Assembly: GCA_003650925.1 (NCBI GenBank)
Contig: QMSP01000007.1
Coordinates: 475-64,474 of the forward strand
Direction of reading: 5' to 3'
DNA: 64,000 nt
From: Thermoprotei archaeon
GTDB taxonomy: Archaea; Thermoproteota; Thermoprotei; QMSL01
Part shown: positions 9,531 to 20,210 of the stretch, piece after piece
Layout of the letters: each line of letters starts with the position of its first letter
Position numbering within the stretch: the first letter of the stretch is position 1
Program-made: the position numbers and the translations under genes
Notes under the pieces: model-generated
What the model saw: only the letters and a program-made list of their open reading frames with translations
Databases searched by the model: none
Told to the model about the DNA's origin: nothing

Positions 9531-9871
9531 TCTTGAAGCTTGTCCTCAAGTTCAAGGTATGGCTTGAAGTAGATGGGAAGCCTATCATAGGTGAAGGAGG
9601 TGCGCAATTACTCAGAGCCATAGATAAGTATGGAAGCCTTGCTAAAGCTTGTCAGGAGCTGGGCCTTTCCTATAAGTTTGCATGGCTATATCTTCAAAGA
9701 GCAGAAAAGGCTTTGGGAAAACCCATAGTGGTCAGGAGAAGAGGTGGTGCTAAAGGTGGTGGCATGGATCTCACAGAAGCTGGCAGAAACATTCTTGACC
9801 TGTATGAAAGAGCTGTTCGAAAGGTGGAGGAAGCTCTGAAGGAGCTAGAGAAGGAGGTGGATAAGAGTTAA
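9527..9871 (+). CDS. ModE-type winged-helix regulator
   Basis: LLRAIDKYGSLAKA..LGLSYK.AW and RRGGAKGGG..LT. Confidence 0.85.
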   Translation: MILKLVLKFKVWLEVDGKPIIGEGGAQLLRAIDKYGSLAKACQELGLSYKFAWLYLQRAEKALGKPIVVRRRGGAKGGGMDLTEAGRNILDLYERAVRKVEEALKELEKEVDKS

Positions 9872-9900
9872 TTACTTTCCTGCCTTGATCTCATAGGTAG

Positions 9901-11130
9901 GTGTATACAATGGGTGAGAAGTTAGCTATTGAAGGAGGTAAGTCCGTAAGAGCTAGCCCTTATGAAGTCCTTCCGATAATCGAGGAGGATGAGATAGAGG
10001 CTGTAGTTGAAGTGCTTCGTTCAAGGAAACTAACCATGCTAAAGGGCAATAAGGTCAAGGAATTTGAGGAGGCCTTTGCTCGTTATCATGGAGTCAAGCA
10101 TGCTATAGCAGTGAGTTCAGGCACAGCAGCTCTTCACGTGGCCTTAAAAGCTCTTGGGATTGGCCCTGGGGATGAAGTCATAGTACCTCCTTTCACCTTC
10201 GTAGCCACAGCTACGGCAGTGCTACATTCCAATGCGATCCCTGTATTCGCTGACATAGACCCCAAGACCTATAATCTAGACCCTAAGAGCATAGAAGATA
10301 GAATAACCGACAGAACCAAGGCCATAATAGTAGTTCACCTATTTGGATGCCCTGCTGACATGGATCCGATCATGAAGATAGCTAATGAGTATAATCTCTA
10401 CGTAGTAGAGGACTGTGCTCAGGCCATAGGTGCTGAGTATAGAGGGAGGAAAGTGGGCACGATAGGGGATGTTGGTTGTTTCAGCTTCTATCAATCCAAG
10501 AACATGATGACTGGAGAAGGAGGCATGATAATAACGAATGATGATGGAATAGCTGAGAAGTGTAGGCTAGTGAGGCATCATGGTGAGCCCGCTTGGTATC
10601 ACTACATATTGCTTGGCTACAACTACAGGATGACGGAGATGCAAGCTGCCCTTGGCATTGTTCAGCTCAAGAAGCTTGAGAGATTCAATGAGATAAGGAG
10701 AAGGAACGCTATGAAGTACACAGAGCTCCTCAAGGATATTGAAGGTCTCATACTCCCTGAAGAGCCACCCTATGGCAAGCACGTATGGCATCTATATGAG
10801 GTGCTCCTTGATCTGGGCATGTTCAAGGTCGACAGAGACCAGTTCGTTAAGGCAGTAGCCGCTGAGAATGTGCCCGTTGGAATAGCGTATCCAAGCGTAC
10901 TATACCTTGAGCCTTTATTCCAGAGATTTATGGGCCATGGAAAGGGATGTCCTTGGAGATGCCCACTGTACAGGGGAGAAGTTAAGTACTACAAGGGATT
11001 GTGTCCTGTAGCTGAGTACGTCGCTGAGAGATGCTTCACACTTCGCACAGACCCCTCCATGACTGAAGACATCATAGAGGATACAGTCAAGGCCATAAGG
11101 AAGGTTGTCAATGCCTACAAGAGGCCCTAA
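9901..11130 (+). CDS. DegT/DnrJ/EryC1/StrS PLP-dependent aminotransferase
   Basis: SSGTAALH, EDCAQAIGA, SFYQSKNMMTGEGG, GYNYRM. Confidence 0.92.
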   Translation: MYTMGEKLAIEGGKSVRASPYEVLPIIEEDEIEAVVEVLRSRKLTMLKGNKVKEFEEAFARYHGVKHAIAVSSGTAALHVALKALGIGPGDEVIVPPFTFVATATAVLHSNAIPVFADIDPKTYNLDPKSIEDRITDRTKAIIVVHLFGCPADMDPIMKIANEYNLYVVEDCAQAIGAEYRGRKVGTIGDVGCFSFYQSKNMMTGEGGMIITNDDGIAEKCRLVRHHGEPAWYHYILLGYNYRMTEMQAALGIVQLKKLERFNEIRRRNAMKYTELLKDIEGLILPEEPPYGKHVWHLYEVLLDLGMFKVDRDQFVKAVAAENVPVGIAYPSVLYLEPLFQRFMGHGKGCPWRCPLYRGEVKYYKGLCPVAEYVAERCFTLRTDPSMTEDIIEDTVKAIRKVVNAYKRP

Positions 11131-13355
11131 GCTACAGGCTCTCCCCAAGGCTCCTCCAGCTCCTTGAGTGGAACTATGTGGGAAAGTACTCTGAGAGCCT
11201 TGACTCTCGACAAGTATCTATTCCGATTGCCACAGTACGGAGAATATATGCACTTAGGGCATCCATCGAGGCATCTACATCTCATCATTATCTCTCGCGC
11301 TCTTGAAAGACATTTCTCAAGCCTTTTGAACACTTGAAGCGAAAGGCCTGAGCCTCCAGGGCTTCCATCATAGATTATGATGTGTCCTGATGGAAAGCTT
11401 AGGCCACCTAGCTCTGTTGGAGAGGCCCCAATCACTGTTTGGGCAGCCACGATGAGGGCATGCTCTATAGCATGAATGGCCTCTATTCTATCCTCCAAGG
11501 TCATGTCCTCGGGTAGAGGTAGCTTCATGAGAATGCCCTTGGTAGTGAACCTATAGCTCACTGGCTCATCTAAGAATTTCTCGGCCAACACCTCATCACT
11601 GAAGTAGTCCTTTATTATAAAGCCATATACTTCCTCCTTGATATCAAGCTTTAGATACTTGATGGGAATACCTTCTCTGCTTGTCCTATTGTCGAGCTCT
11701 ACATAGCCCTCTACATCACCAGAGTAGAGAGCTTTAGTATAGATCCTTATGGTCTTTGGCACTTCTCTTACCATAGCCCTTCTCCCCTTGAGCTCCAGTA
11801 CCTCATATACTCTGCCTCCATGTAGGTATATGGCCCCTGGATGTAGCTCCCTTAGAGCCATGGGCATCTCTCTTTCGCCTATTACATTACCCCTCTCATC
11901 CACTATGAGAACTATGTCTCCTGTGGCTCTAAGTGACCTACGCTCTCTACAGAGCTTTATGCCTGATCTTGTTGGCAAAAACCATTTGCCTCTTTGCCTT
12001 AATAGGCCCTCACTTAATAGCCTCTTAAGGACTTCCTTTTCATGCTCCTTCAGCTCACCTAACTGTAGAGGCTTATCTCTGGACATGGCCAATAACTGTA
12101 TCTTTGCTACTTCCTCATTAGTAGGATCAATAACAACGTCGTCTGGAGCAGCTCCATAGAACTCTTCAGGATGATTCTCATAGAAGTTGCTTATGGGGTC
12201 ATCTCCAAGGATCATCATCACGTAGGCTTCCTCTCCTCTTCTACCACATCGTCCAGTCCTCTGAACATACTTCGTATAAGTTGGAGGCACTCCCAATAAT
12301 ATAACTGCGTCCAGATCCCCTATATCGATACCAAGCTCCAGTGTGGGAGTTGCTGCTACAGCCCTCAGCTCACCTTTCTTAAGAGCTTCTTCAACTTTCT
12401 TTCTATGCTCAGGAGGAAGGCCTGCTCTATGGACCTCTAGCTTGACTTTCTGTTCATCAGCTATCCTCTTCACCACTTCAACTGCTCTATGACTATCAGC
12501 AAACACTATAGTCTTCTTGCCTCTATCAGTAGCTATCTTGACCAAGACTATGGCTTCAGAGAACACAGATCTCGTGACAGGCCTTATCATCATGTGGAAC
12601 ACTTGACTTCTCCTTCCACTCCTCTCTCGTACAACTTCAACCTCTCTATCAAAGATGGTGTTCCCTAGCTCCATTGGATTGCCTATCGTGGCTGAGGAGC
12701 CGATAAAGATCATATCTTCGCTTGCCATCCTCGAAAGTCTCCTCATAACGTAGGAGACATGAGCTCCAAATACTCCTTGATATGCATGTAATTCATCTAA
12801 CACCACAAAGCGAAGCCTTCGGATTAGCCTCTTGAACTGAGAGACCTCCTGCATGACAATATGTAGCATGTCAGGGTTCGTGATCAGGATTTGAGGAGGT
12901 TGCTCATACAATAGCCTCCTCTCTCTAGGCGGAGTATCACCATCATATACCATGGCCCTAACTCCAAACATAGCGTGGGTGTATCTCAGAATCTTTTCAA
13001 GCTGATCCCTTGCAAGAGCCTTTGTAGGGTATATCAGCATGGCCACTAGACCTTCATAAGGCCTTCTGGCTATGTAATCTAGTATGGGTATTAGAAAAGC
13101 CTCCGTCTTACCAGCTCCCGTTCCAGCTACGATCACTAGGCTTTTTTCATTGAGGATCTTCTCAATAGCTTCCCACTGAAACTTGAAGAGCCTCACTATG
13201 CCATTCCTCTTAAGAGCTTCCCTCACTTCATCCCTAAGAGGAAGTTCATCTACATAGGGGCCTAGCTCAGGTATCTTAGGCTTCTCTACCCTCAAGTGGA
13301 CTAACTTATGCCCCTCATCCTTCCTTATCTCCTCGATGAGCTCATCACTAATCAC
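11127..13355 (-). CDS. SF2 DEAH helicase with C-terminal DUF1998 Zn domain (Hrq/SftH type)
   Basis: GTGAGKT, YPTKALARDQ, DELH, ELGIDIG, C-x-C..GCP.C...C. Confidence 0.9.
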   Translation of the reverse strand: MISDELIEEIRKDEGHKLVHLRVEKPKIPELGPYVDELPLRDEVREALKRNGIVRLFKFQWEAIEKILNEKSLVIVAGTGAGKTEAFLIPILDYIARRPYEGLVAMLIYPTKALARDQLEKILRYTHAMFGVRAMVYDGDTPPRERRLLYEQPPQILITNPDMLHIVMQEVSQFKRLIRRLRFVVLDELHAYQGVFGAHVSYVMRRLSRMASEDMIFIGSSATIGNPMELGNTIFDREVEVVRERSGRRSQVFHMMIRPVTRSVFSEAIVLVKIATDRGKKTIVFADSHRAVEVVKRIADEQKVKLEVHRAGLPPEHRKKVEEALKKGELRAVAATPTLELGIDIGDLDAVILLGVPPTYTKYVQRTGRCGRRGEEAYVMMILGDDPISNFYENHPEEFYGAAPDDVVIDPTNEEVAKIQLLAMSRDKPLQLGELKEHEKEVLKRLLSEGLLRQRGKWFLPTRSGIKLCRERRSLRATGDIVLIVDERGNVIGEREMPMALRELHPGAIYLHGGRVYEVLELKGRRAMVREVPKTIRIYTKALYSGDVEGYVELDNRTSREGIPIKYLKLDIKEEVYGFIIKDYFSDEVLAEKFLDEPVSYRFTTKGILMKLPLPEDMTLEDRIEAIHAIEHALIVAAQTVIGASPTELGGLSFPSGHIIIYDGSPGGSGLSLQVFKRLEKCLSRAREIMMRCRCLDGCPKCIYSPYCGNRNRYLSRVKALRVLSHIVPLKELEEPWGEPVA

Positions 13356-14925
13356 CTATCATCACCTTAGCAACATGGGAGAGCTCCACTAGGCTCCTGG
13401 GGTCTTTCACTATCTTAAGGGCTTCCTGCAAGCACTCAATCAAGTCCCTTGCTGTGATGAGACCTTGCCTCTTTACAGCTAGGTCTCCTGCAAGGCCATT
13501 TATAAAAGCTCCTGCACACGCTGCATCAAAGGGGTTATTGCCCATAGCTATCAGTGAAGCTACAACTCCAGTCAGCACATCTCCAGTTCCTCCAGCAGTC
13601 ATTGAAGCATTTCCAGTCATATTGATTCTAGTCCTTCTACCATTGCTTATAACATCTTCTCTCCCTTTCAGCAGTATGGTGACATCGTATTTCTTCGCCA
13701 CCTCCTCAACAATCTTCACTCTTCCGCACAGGTTCTCAGGCGATGGTAGCTCAATTCCGGTCATTATTCTGAACTCTCCTGCGTGAGGGGTAAGCACTAG
13801 CTCCTTCCCAGTGATCTCCTTCATATGTTCTCTTAAGGCCTTCAAGGCATCGGCATCGACCACCATGGGTCTGTCCACACTCTTAATGAACTCTCTGACG
13901 AACTCAAAAGTCTCATCCCTCAAGCCTAGTCCTGGACCAAGTACGATTACATCGGCTCTCTTGGCTAACTCATATGCTATCTTCAAGCTCTTTGGACTTA
14001 GATACTCCTCATCAGGAAGAGGCCTAGCTATAATGCAAGGGTCGAAGCCTCTAATGATATTAGTCACGCTCTTTGGAGAAGCCACTATGGCTATGTCAAT
14101 CCCCATCTTCAGGCAGGCTAGTGCTGAAAGTGTTGGCGCTCCTGTGTACTCAATCGAGCCTCCTAGTATCAAAACTCTTCCGTGGTCGCCTTTCTTGGAG
14201 AAAGGCCTTCTGGGCCTAAAGCACCTGGCTACATCCTCTAGCCCTACTATGTACCCTGCCTCCTCCGGTATGCCAATGTCTTTTACTATGAGCTCTCCTA
14301 CGTATTCCTTAGCCTTGATTAGTCCTCTCTTGATGCGATGGAAGGTTACAGTGAGATCGGCTTTGAAGGCAATACCACCCACATCTCCCGTATCAGCGTT
14401 GACCCCTGAGGGAACGTCAATTGCAACTTTAAGCCCTTTGCTCTCATTCATGAACTGGAGGGCCCGCGCATATACACCACTTACTAGGCCTCTAAATCCT
14501 ATTCCGAATATGGCGTCAACTATAACCTCAGCGTCTAATAAGTCACTCCTTAGCTTCTCTAGGTCCTCTGCTGTATGAACCTCTCTAGTGACGACATTCA
14601 TTCTCATTCCCTTCAGAACAAGCCAGTTTCTTCGAGCTTCATCGGTCCTGATATCCTTCTCAGAGCCTAGGAGGTACACTATGACTCTTGCACCTCGTGA
14701 CGCTAGATATCTCGCTACTACAAAGCCATCTCCACCATTATTACCTAGCCCAGCAACTATAACTACCTTCTTATTTTCTATGTTAATCCTAGAGCATATC
14801 TCATCAGCTACAGACCTTCCTGCAGATTCCATCAGCTGAAGTGGGCTTATCCCTAGAAGAGCAGCATTCCTATCAAGTCTTCTCATTTCCTCTACAGAGA
14901 TGGCTTCCTGCACTATCAAACCCAT
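13348..14925 (-). CDS. nnr: Bifunctional NAD(P)H-hydrate epimerase/dehydratase
   Basis: YjeF_N GNNGGDG and DVPSG; YjeF_C TPHAGEF and GGTGDVLTG. Confidence 0.92.
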   Translation of the reverse strand: MGLIVQEAISVEEMRRLDRNAALLGISPLQLMESAGRSVADEICSRINIENKKVVIVAGLGNNGGDGFVVARYLASRGARVIVYLLGSEKDIRTDEARRNWLVLKGMRMNVVTREVHTAEDLEKLRSDLLDAEVIVDAIFGIGFRGLVSGVYARALQFMNESKGLKVAIDVPSGVNADTGDVGGIAFKADLTVTFHRIKRGLIKAKEYVGELIVKDIGIPEEAGYIVGLEDVARCFRPRRPFSKKGDHGRVLILGGSIEYTGAPTLSALACLKMGIDIAIVASPKSVTNIIRGFDPCIIARPLPDEEYLSPKSLKIAYELAKRADVIVLGPGLGLRDETFEFVREFIKSVDRPMVVDADALKALREHMKEITGKELVLTPHAGEFRIMTGIELPSPENLCGRVKIVEEVAKKYDVTILLKGREDVISNGRRTRINMTGNASMTAGGTGDVLTGVVASLIAMGNNPFDAACAGAFINGLAGDLAVKRQGLITARDLIECLQEALKIVKDPRSLVELSHVAKVMIGD

Positions 14926-14931
14926 TCGATA

Positions 14932-15897
14932 TTAGGGGCTAGGAGTGGTAAAAACATAATTCACACCAATAGAACCGAGGAAGAAGCATGGACTTCTCTT
15001 AGCCTCCCTTATCATGAAGTTGGCATCACTCAAGATGACTTCCACTCCAACATGCCCATCTTTATATGCTTCTCCAAGCTCCTCCTTGAATATCTCCCTA
15101 GCTCTCTCACCTGTACAGTGAATAGGCATGACGAAGGCCAGATCTAACGCTTTAAGATCTTCGGCTATCTTTCTCACGTAATCGTCACTAGCGCCTACTA
15201 GATGAAAACCTCCTATCACTCCAAAGACTCTACATCCACTCACATCCCTGGCCTTCTTGACAATATTGACTATGCCGGGGTGCGAACAGCCAACTAGGAC
15301 TATGAGCCCCTTACCCTTAACGTTGATCATTAATGCCTGCTCATATACTATCGAGGGCATCTCTCCTGTACTAGCTAAGATACCGTCTATGACAGTAGCC
15401 TCTCTAACTTCAATGAGCTCTAGGCCAAGGGACCTTATGTATGCCTTAACCTGCTCACTCATGTGCATGGGAACGATCACTTTCACCTCATTACACATCC
15501 TAGCCACGTACTCTAAGCCTCCTACATGGTCATGATGTTCATGTGATATGAATACGTAGTTGAGATCATGTAGGCTTATATTCAAAGCTCTCATGTTATG
15601 TTCAAGGACTTCAGGCGAGGGCCCCGTATCGAAGAGAAGCTTCACTCCATCAACCTCTACATAGAGGCTAAGCCCCCATACGCTCTGAAGCTCACTGTTT
15701 ACTGAACTAGGATTGTTGTCAATAACTACCGTTATTTTAACTCGTCTAGCCTCACTCAGACTTAGGACATTAGTTTTTAACACTTCCTTCTCAGCAGTTT
15801 TCCTCTCTGCGAGTTGTTGAAGAAGCGCATAGCTCAGGATGGAGATCACTATGAAGAATGCTATAAGTGATATCGTCCTTCTAGCTAGCATCGACAT
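14932..15897 (-). CDS. Metallo-beta-lactamase-fold hydrolase (COG1237-like) with N-terminal membrane anchor
   Basis: SHEHHDHVGGL, GCSHPG, GGFHL, HCTG; hydrophobic N-terminus. Confidence 0.85.
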   Translation of the reverse strand: MSMLARRTISLIAFFIVISILSYALLQQLAERKTAEKEVLKTNVLSLSEARRVKITVVIDNNPSSVNSELQSVWGLSLYVEVDGVKLLFDTGPSPEVLEHNMRALNISLHDLNYVFISHEHHDHVGGLEYVARMCNEVKVIVPMHMSEQVKAYIRSLGLELIEVREATVIDGILASTGEMPSIVYEQALMINVKGKGLIVLVGCSHPGIVNIVKKARDVSGCRVFGVIGGFHLVGASDDYVRKIAEDLKALDLAFVMPIHCTGERAREIFKEELGEAYKDGHVGVEVILSDANFMIREAKRSPCFFLGSIGVNYVFTTPSP

Positions 15898-16891
15898 CTC
15901 CCTCTCGAAGCCTATAGGCTCTTGGACATAACGGATCTGGGCCTTTGAAGTCTCCTCTCAACAGATATGCTCTTGCAAAACAACCTCCTTTGCATATGGC
16001 CGCTATTGGGCAGTTTTGACAAGGTGTCGGAAGCTCTCGTGGATGTACCAGCTCCTTTATAATGTCGCTGCTAGAATATCTCATCCAGGCTATTTTAAAG
16101 CCCTCTTTAAGAGCATTTGACAGCTTTATGTCCAAAACATCACATGCCATAAGGTCACCGCTTGGACTCAAGTCCACTACCTCGAGGGTGCGACATAACG
16201 TCGTCCAACAGCTTCCTGCGTATAAGCGAGCAAAAGGCATGCACCATAGGCCAACAGGGTAGCCATAGCTTGAGGAGTACTCATCAGCTTCTCTGATCAC
16301 CTCCCTGATCTCCCATGGACTCAGGATGATGTCAGCTGTTGCTCTTCCTGATGGCATCACAGGTATTATACAGGCTGAATCTGCTCCCATCTCCTCAGAC
16401 ATGACTAAGAAGCCCTTAACTTCTACATAATTGATCTTACTCACAGCCATCACCGTGGAGAAGCTTACACTCTGTTCCTTGAGCCTCCTTATCCCCTTCA
16501 TGAGAGCACTCCATGAGCCGTATCCTCTTATCCTCTCATGAGTTTCTCTTCTATAGCCATCAATGCTCACGTACACGCTGATATCCATTTCCTTGAGAGC
16601 TCTAGCTATTTCGCTAGTTATCAAGGTAGCGTTGGTCACCAAGCTGGCAGTTAGCCCTTTCTCTCTGATCAGCTTCAATATATCCAAAATATCATTCCTT
16701 ACAAGAGGTTCTCCACCAGAAATGGATACATGGCCTAGGCCTATCTCAAGGGCTTCATCTAATATCTTTTCAAAGCCTTTAAGGCTTAGTTGCTCCTCCT
16801 TGAGGAAACGAGATGCATAACAATGCTTACACCTGAGGTTACATCTTCCAGTAGATATCCATATCATCAGACTTGGCCCTCTCGTATTCAC
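15881..16891 (-). CDS. Radical SAM/SPASM protein
   Basis: CNLRCKHC, SGGEP, C-terminal CxxC.....C.GGC. Confidence 0.9.
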   Translation of the reverse strand: MNTRGPSLMIWISTGRCNLRCKHCYASRFLKEEQLSLKGFEKILDEALEIGLGHVSISGGEPLVRNDILDILKLIREKGLTASLVTNATLITSEIARALKEMDISVYVSIDGYRRETHERIRGYGSWSALMKGIRRLKEQSVSFSTVMAVSKINYVEVKGFLVMSEEMGADSACIIPVMPSGRATADIILSPWEIREVIREADEYSSSYGYPVGLWCMPFARLYAGSCWTTLCRTLEVVDLSPSGDLMACDVLDIKLSNALKEGFKIAWMRYSSSDIIKELVHPRELPTPCQNCPIAAICKGGCFARAYLLRGDFKGPDPLCPRAYRLREGDVDAS

Positions 16892-16899
16892 AACCCCTC

Positions 16900-17301
16900 C
16901 TAATCCAAAGATATAATCAAGGCTCTAGTTAATATGACTCCCTTCACCTTCTCAAGGTCTCTCATGAGCTCCTTCGCCCTTCTAGCTTCTCCAACTATGG
17001 CCACTATCTCCAGGCATCTCTTCTCATCAAGATGAAGATGAAGGGCAGAGTTGACTATATCTAAGTAGTGATGTTGGATCTCAGCTATGAAGTTGCTAGC
17101 CTCATGAATCGTGTGATCATATAGGACTAGTAGAGCTCCTGCTACCTTCCCTTTGACTCTCTTCCATTCATGCTCAGAAATGAAGGTAAGCATAGCCTTC
17201 CTAAGGGCTCCTGACCTACTTAGCCCAAGGCTTGAAGCCAACTCATCAAAGCGCTTCAATATGTCCTCTGGAATAGATATCCCTGTTCTAATGATCCTCA
17301 T
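16900..17301 (-). CDS. nikR: Nickel-responsive regulator NikR
   Basis: RHH N-terminus (GISIP..SRS), YDH, LHLHLD...CLE. Confidence 0.88.
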   Translation of the reverse strand: MRIIRTGISIPEDILKRFDELASSLGLSRSGALRKAMLTFISEHEWKRVKGKVAGALLVLYDHTIHEASNFIAEIQHHYLDIVNSALHLHLDEKRCLEIVAIVGEARRAKELMRDLEKVKGVILTRALIISLD

Positions 17302-17468
17302 GCGCTCCTCCTCACGTTAGATCATAGGTGTACAAGAGTACATTAAGCATACTCTTAATGATTCGCGCTAGCGTATCCAAAGCCTAAGAACTAAGAGACA
17401 TCTTATGACGGAATGTATGGCCCTGCTCTTATGATACATGCTCCTGTCCTCAAGTGTCATAAGCTATA

Positions 17469-18908
17469 TTAGCTAAAGTATTTCTCATAATCTTTAATCC
17501 TTTCATCCAACCATCCCCTGGTGCCTTCGTAGATCTCAGGCCCCCAAGGCCTTGTCTCAAGCTTCTGCTCCTTGAGTAGAACTGCAGTGAAGGGCTTTAT
17601 ATTCTCCCTAACAACTACTCCAGGCCCTACCATGCTATAAGGCCCTATTATCCTTCCAGGATGTATCAACACGCCTACACCTGTCCTTGAATAATCGCCC
17701 ATTATAACTCCAAATCCTCTAAGTCCAGTACTCTCAAGCCTGCCTCTAACCATGACCTGAACCTCTTTATCATCAAACCTCAGAGTACCGCATATAGTGC
17801 CTGCTCCAAAGTCACATCTTTCACCAATAACTCCACTTACATGAGACCAGTGCACTATGAAAGTGGAGTCCAGAACCACAGCACCACATACATCAGCACA
17901 GTGTTCTACTCTCACTTCTCTCCCTAGAAAGGCTCCCCAAAGTCTTGAGAAAGGTCCTATGACGCATCTCTCCCCTGTGCTTACAGGCCCTATGATGTAG
18001 CTGTACTCATTCACAGTAGTTTCACGCCCTATCCAGACAGGTCCTTTTATCACAGTTCCATCCTTGATCACTACATCATCTTCAACTATTACCACGCCTT
18101 TCATCTTGACGCCTTCTTCTATTCTTGCAGCGCTAGATATCTGAGACTCCTTAATCTTCTTTGCCTCCCACTCAGCCATCAAATAGCTAGCTATGAGAGG
18201 ATCCCAGGGCTTATCTACATCATACCAGCCATGCTTTACATCAACACTCCTTACCTTAACTCCATCTCTATGTGCTATGTAGATGGTCTCAAAAAGATCC
18301 TTCTCATGTGGAGGAGCTATGCCAACAGGAGTGTTTTCTATCAATGGTGGGGTTATGTCGAGGTATTCTTCGATAATTCTCCTCCTCATCCCTATGATGC
18401 CTATCATAGCCCTATTAGCTGCAAACTCCCAAGGCCTTGGCTGATACATGAGCTTCTCTACGTAGCCATCCTTGACTATAGCAGCTGGATACCTGCCGTA
18501 GTCCTTAACTTCCACCGTCGCTACCACTAGCTCCTCCTTCTGCATCTCCTCCTTGACTTTTCCTAGTATCTCTCCTCTCTCCAGAAGCAGGTCTCCATAG
18601 ACTATCAGGACGTCATCTTTGACCTTCTCAAAGGCCTTAATGACAGCATCTGCGGTTCCTAGAGGTCTACTCTGCTCGACGTACTCTATTCTCATGCCTA
18701 ATCTCCTGCCATCCTTTAAGTATGCCTTAATCCTAGACCCCAGAGGGCCTACAACTATTATGGCCTCATCAAAGCCTGCTTCCTTAGCTCGTCTAAGAAC
18801 CCACTCCAAGATGGGCTTGCTTAATACCTGCATCATGGGCTTAGGTCTGGTTAAGGAGAATGGATAGAATCTCTCTCCCTTACCAGCTGCCAGCACTACT
18901 AGCTTCAA
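17469..18908 (-). CDS. Bifunctional sugar-1-phosphate nucleotidyltransferase/acetyltransferase (GlmU-like)
   Basis: LAAGKGER..P....PKP, LGTADA, hexapeptide repeats, LRFD. Confidence 0.85.
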   Translation of the reverse strand: MKLVVLAAGKGERFYPFSLTRPKPMMQVLSKPILEWVLRRAKEAGFDEAIIVVGPLGSRIKAYLKDGRRLGMRIEYVEQSRPLGTADAVIKAFEKVKDDVLIVYGDLLLERGEILGKVKEEMQKEELVVATVEVKDYGRYPAAIVKDGYVEKLMYQPRPWEFAANRAMIGIIGMRRRIIEEYLDITPPLIENTPVGIAPPHEKDLFETIYIAHRDGVKVRSVDVKHGWYDVDKPWDPLIASYLMAEWEAKKIKESQISSAARIEEGVKMKGVVIVEDDVVIKDGTVIKGPVWIGRETTVNEYSYIIGPVSTGERCVIGPFSRLWGAFLGREVRVEHCADVCGAVVLDSTFIVHWSHVSGVIGERCDFGAGTICGTLRFDDKEVQVMVRGRLESTGLRGFGVIMGDYSRTGVGVLIHPGRIIGPYSMVGPGVVVRENIKPFTAVLLKEQKLETRPWGPEIYEGTRGWLDERIKDYEKYFS

Positions 18909-19160
18909 GCTCTTGAACCCCCTCTATGATCTCTAAAGCTTGTTCCTATTTTAGACTTAAGCTCGTGCCTCTCTGGCTACGTTGTGGAAACATAGAATTG
19001 CACTTGGGACACCAGTACCATCCTGAGGAGCTCTTAGCTCTGAAATCTAGTATTAATGGCTTAGCTCTTGCTCCGCAGTAGGGGCATTTCATGTGCTCAC
19101 TCAAGAGAGTCTCCCCTAGGATTAAAATCTGGAGAGGCGATATAAAGACTGGGTAAGCGT

Positions 19161-19532
19161 TTGGCTAAGGCAGGTATGTGCCTCCTAATGACGTGTATTG
19201 GAGCCTCTCTAGTACTAGGGGAGGCTACTTTCATCTTCATAGCAAGCCTTATGTGGAATGATATAATGTTATTGTTCTCGTCCAGTCTAGGCATGGTGGC
19301 AGGTTTTCTCACCTTTGCTATATCAGTCAATATGTCCAAGGATGTGAAGGAGGTTAAAAGGCTTGCTCCTCTCCTCTTGATGATGGCTTTCTTGGCTATA
19401 GCGTCAGGCGGAGGCCTATTTGCCGGCTCGATTCTAATAGGCTCCTCAGCTCTCATTTCCATGAAGAGGCCTGAGCTGATGCTTAGGGAGGGAAGGATTC
19501 TTGAAAGAGAGAGTGAAGCACCTAGTGGATGA
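19161..19532 (+). CDS. Hypothetical membrane protein
   Basis: Several hydrophobic segments; overlaps the next gene. Confidence 0.5.
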   Translation: MAKAGMCLLMTCIGASLVLGEATFIFIASLMWNDIMLLFSSSLGMVAGFLTFAISVNMSKDVKEVKRLAPLLLMMAFLAIASGGGLFAGSILIGSSALISMKRPELMLREGRILERESEAPSG

Positions 19533-20199
19533 GCTGCATAGGATATCGAAGAATAACCTTATGGTCTCTTTGAGCTACACAGGTCTTGTTGAGAGGATAG
19601 CTTTAGCCTATGAGCTTATGGAGATGTCAGTGAATATGCTATCCTCGACCAGCTATCCTTACTTCTACATAAGAGTTAAAGCCTTTGCTCTCAATGAGAT
19701 AAAGCTCGCTATCTTCCACCTGCTCTCCGGCTTCTACATTGAGTACTATAGAACTCTAAGACATATCCTTGAGACGTTTATACAAGCCTATTTCCTGGAG
19801 ACCACCGTAGAGGAAGAACCTCAGAGGAAGATGAAGGCGATTCTGAAAGAGCTCTCTAGAATGAGAAGAAGAGGGAGAAGCTTTGATCTTAAAATGATAT
19901 CAAGCCTCTCTGCCCTAAGTAAGCCCGAGAGAAGGAGAGTTCTGAGGCTCTACAGGAGGTTGACTGAGTATCAACATCCCTCAATAGCTCAAATGGTTAA
20001 TGAGCGGATTCATACTCTAGCATCATTTAGTTTCAGCCTTGAGCAGTATAGCAAAGGTGTTGATCTGCTCCTTGAAGTGCTTGACGTTGGGCTATCTCTT
20101 CTCTGTTCCTTGGACGATACGATAAGGAAGGCTCTTTGCTCATATGAAGAGCTGCTGAAAGCTCTAGATATGAAGTTCACTCTTAGAAAGTTATCCTGA
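19501..20199 (+). CDS. Hypothetical protein, possibly HEPN-like (DUF5677-like)
   Basis: LRHILETFIQAYFL and LYRRLTEYQHPS motifs. Confidence 0.55.
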   Translation: MKERVKHLVDELHRISKNNLMVSLSYTGLVERIALAYELMEMSVNMLSSTSYPYFYIRVKAFALNEIKLAIFHLLSGFYIEYYRTLRHILETFIQAYFLETTVEEEPQRKMKAILKELSRMRRRGRSFDLKMISSLSALSKPERRRVLRLYRRLTEYQHPSIAQMVNERIHTLASFSFSLEQYSKGVDLLLEVLDVGLSLLCSLDDTIRKALCSYEELLKALDMKFTLRKLS

Positions 20200-20210
20200 G
20201 GAGAGCACTC

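Noticed and set aside
13454-14839. Long antisense ORFs (e.g. 13811-14578) and similar shadows across the window
   Set aside because: Opposite strand of well-supported genes, with the Ser/Leu/Ile-rich composition typical of shadow frames
19023-19043. CTGAGGA-10 nt-CTGA half C/D motif
   Set aside because: No matching upstream C and D' boxes
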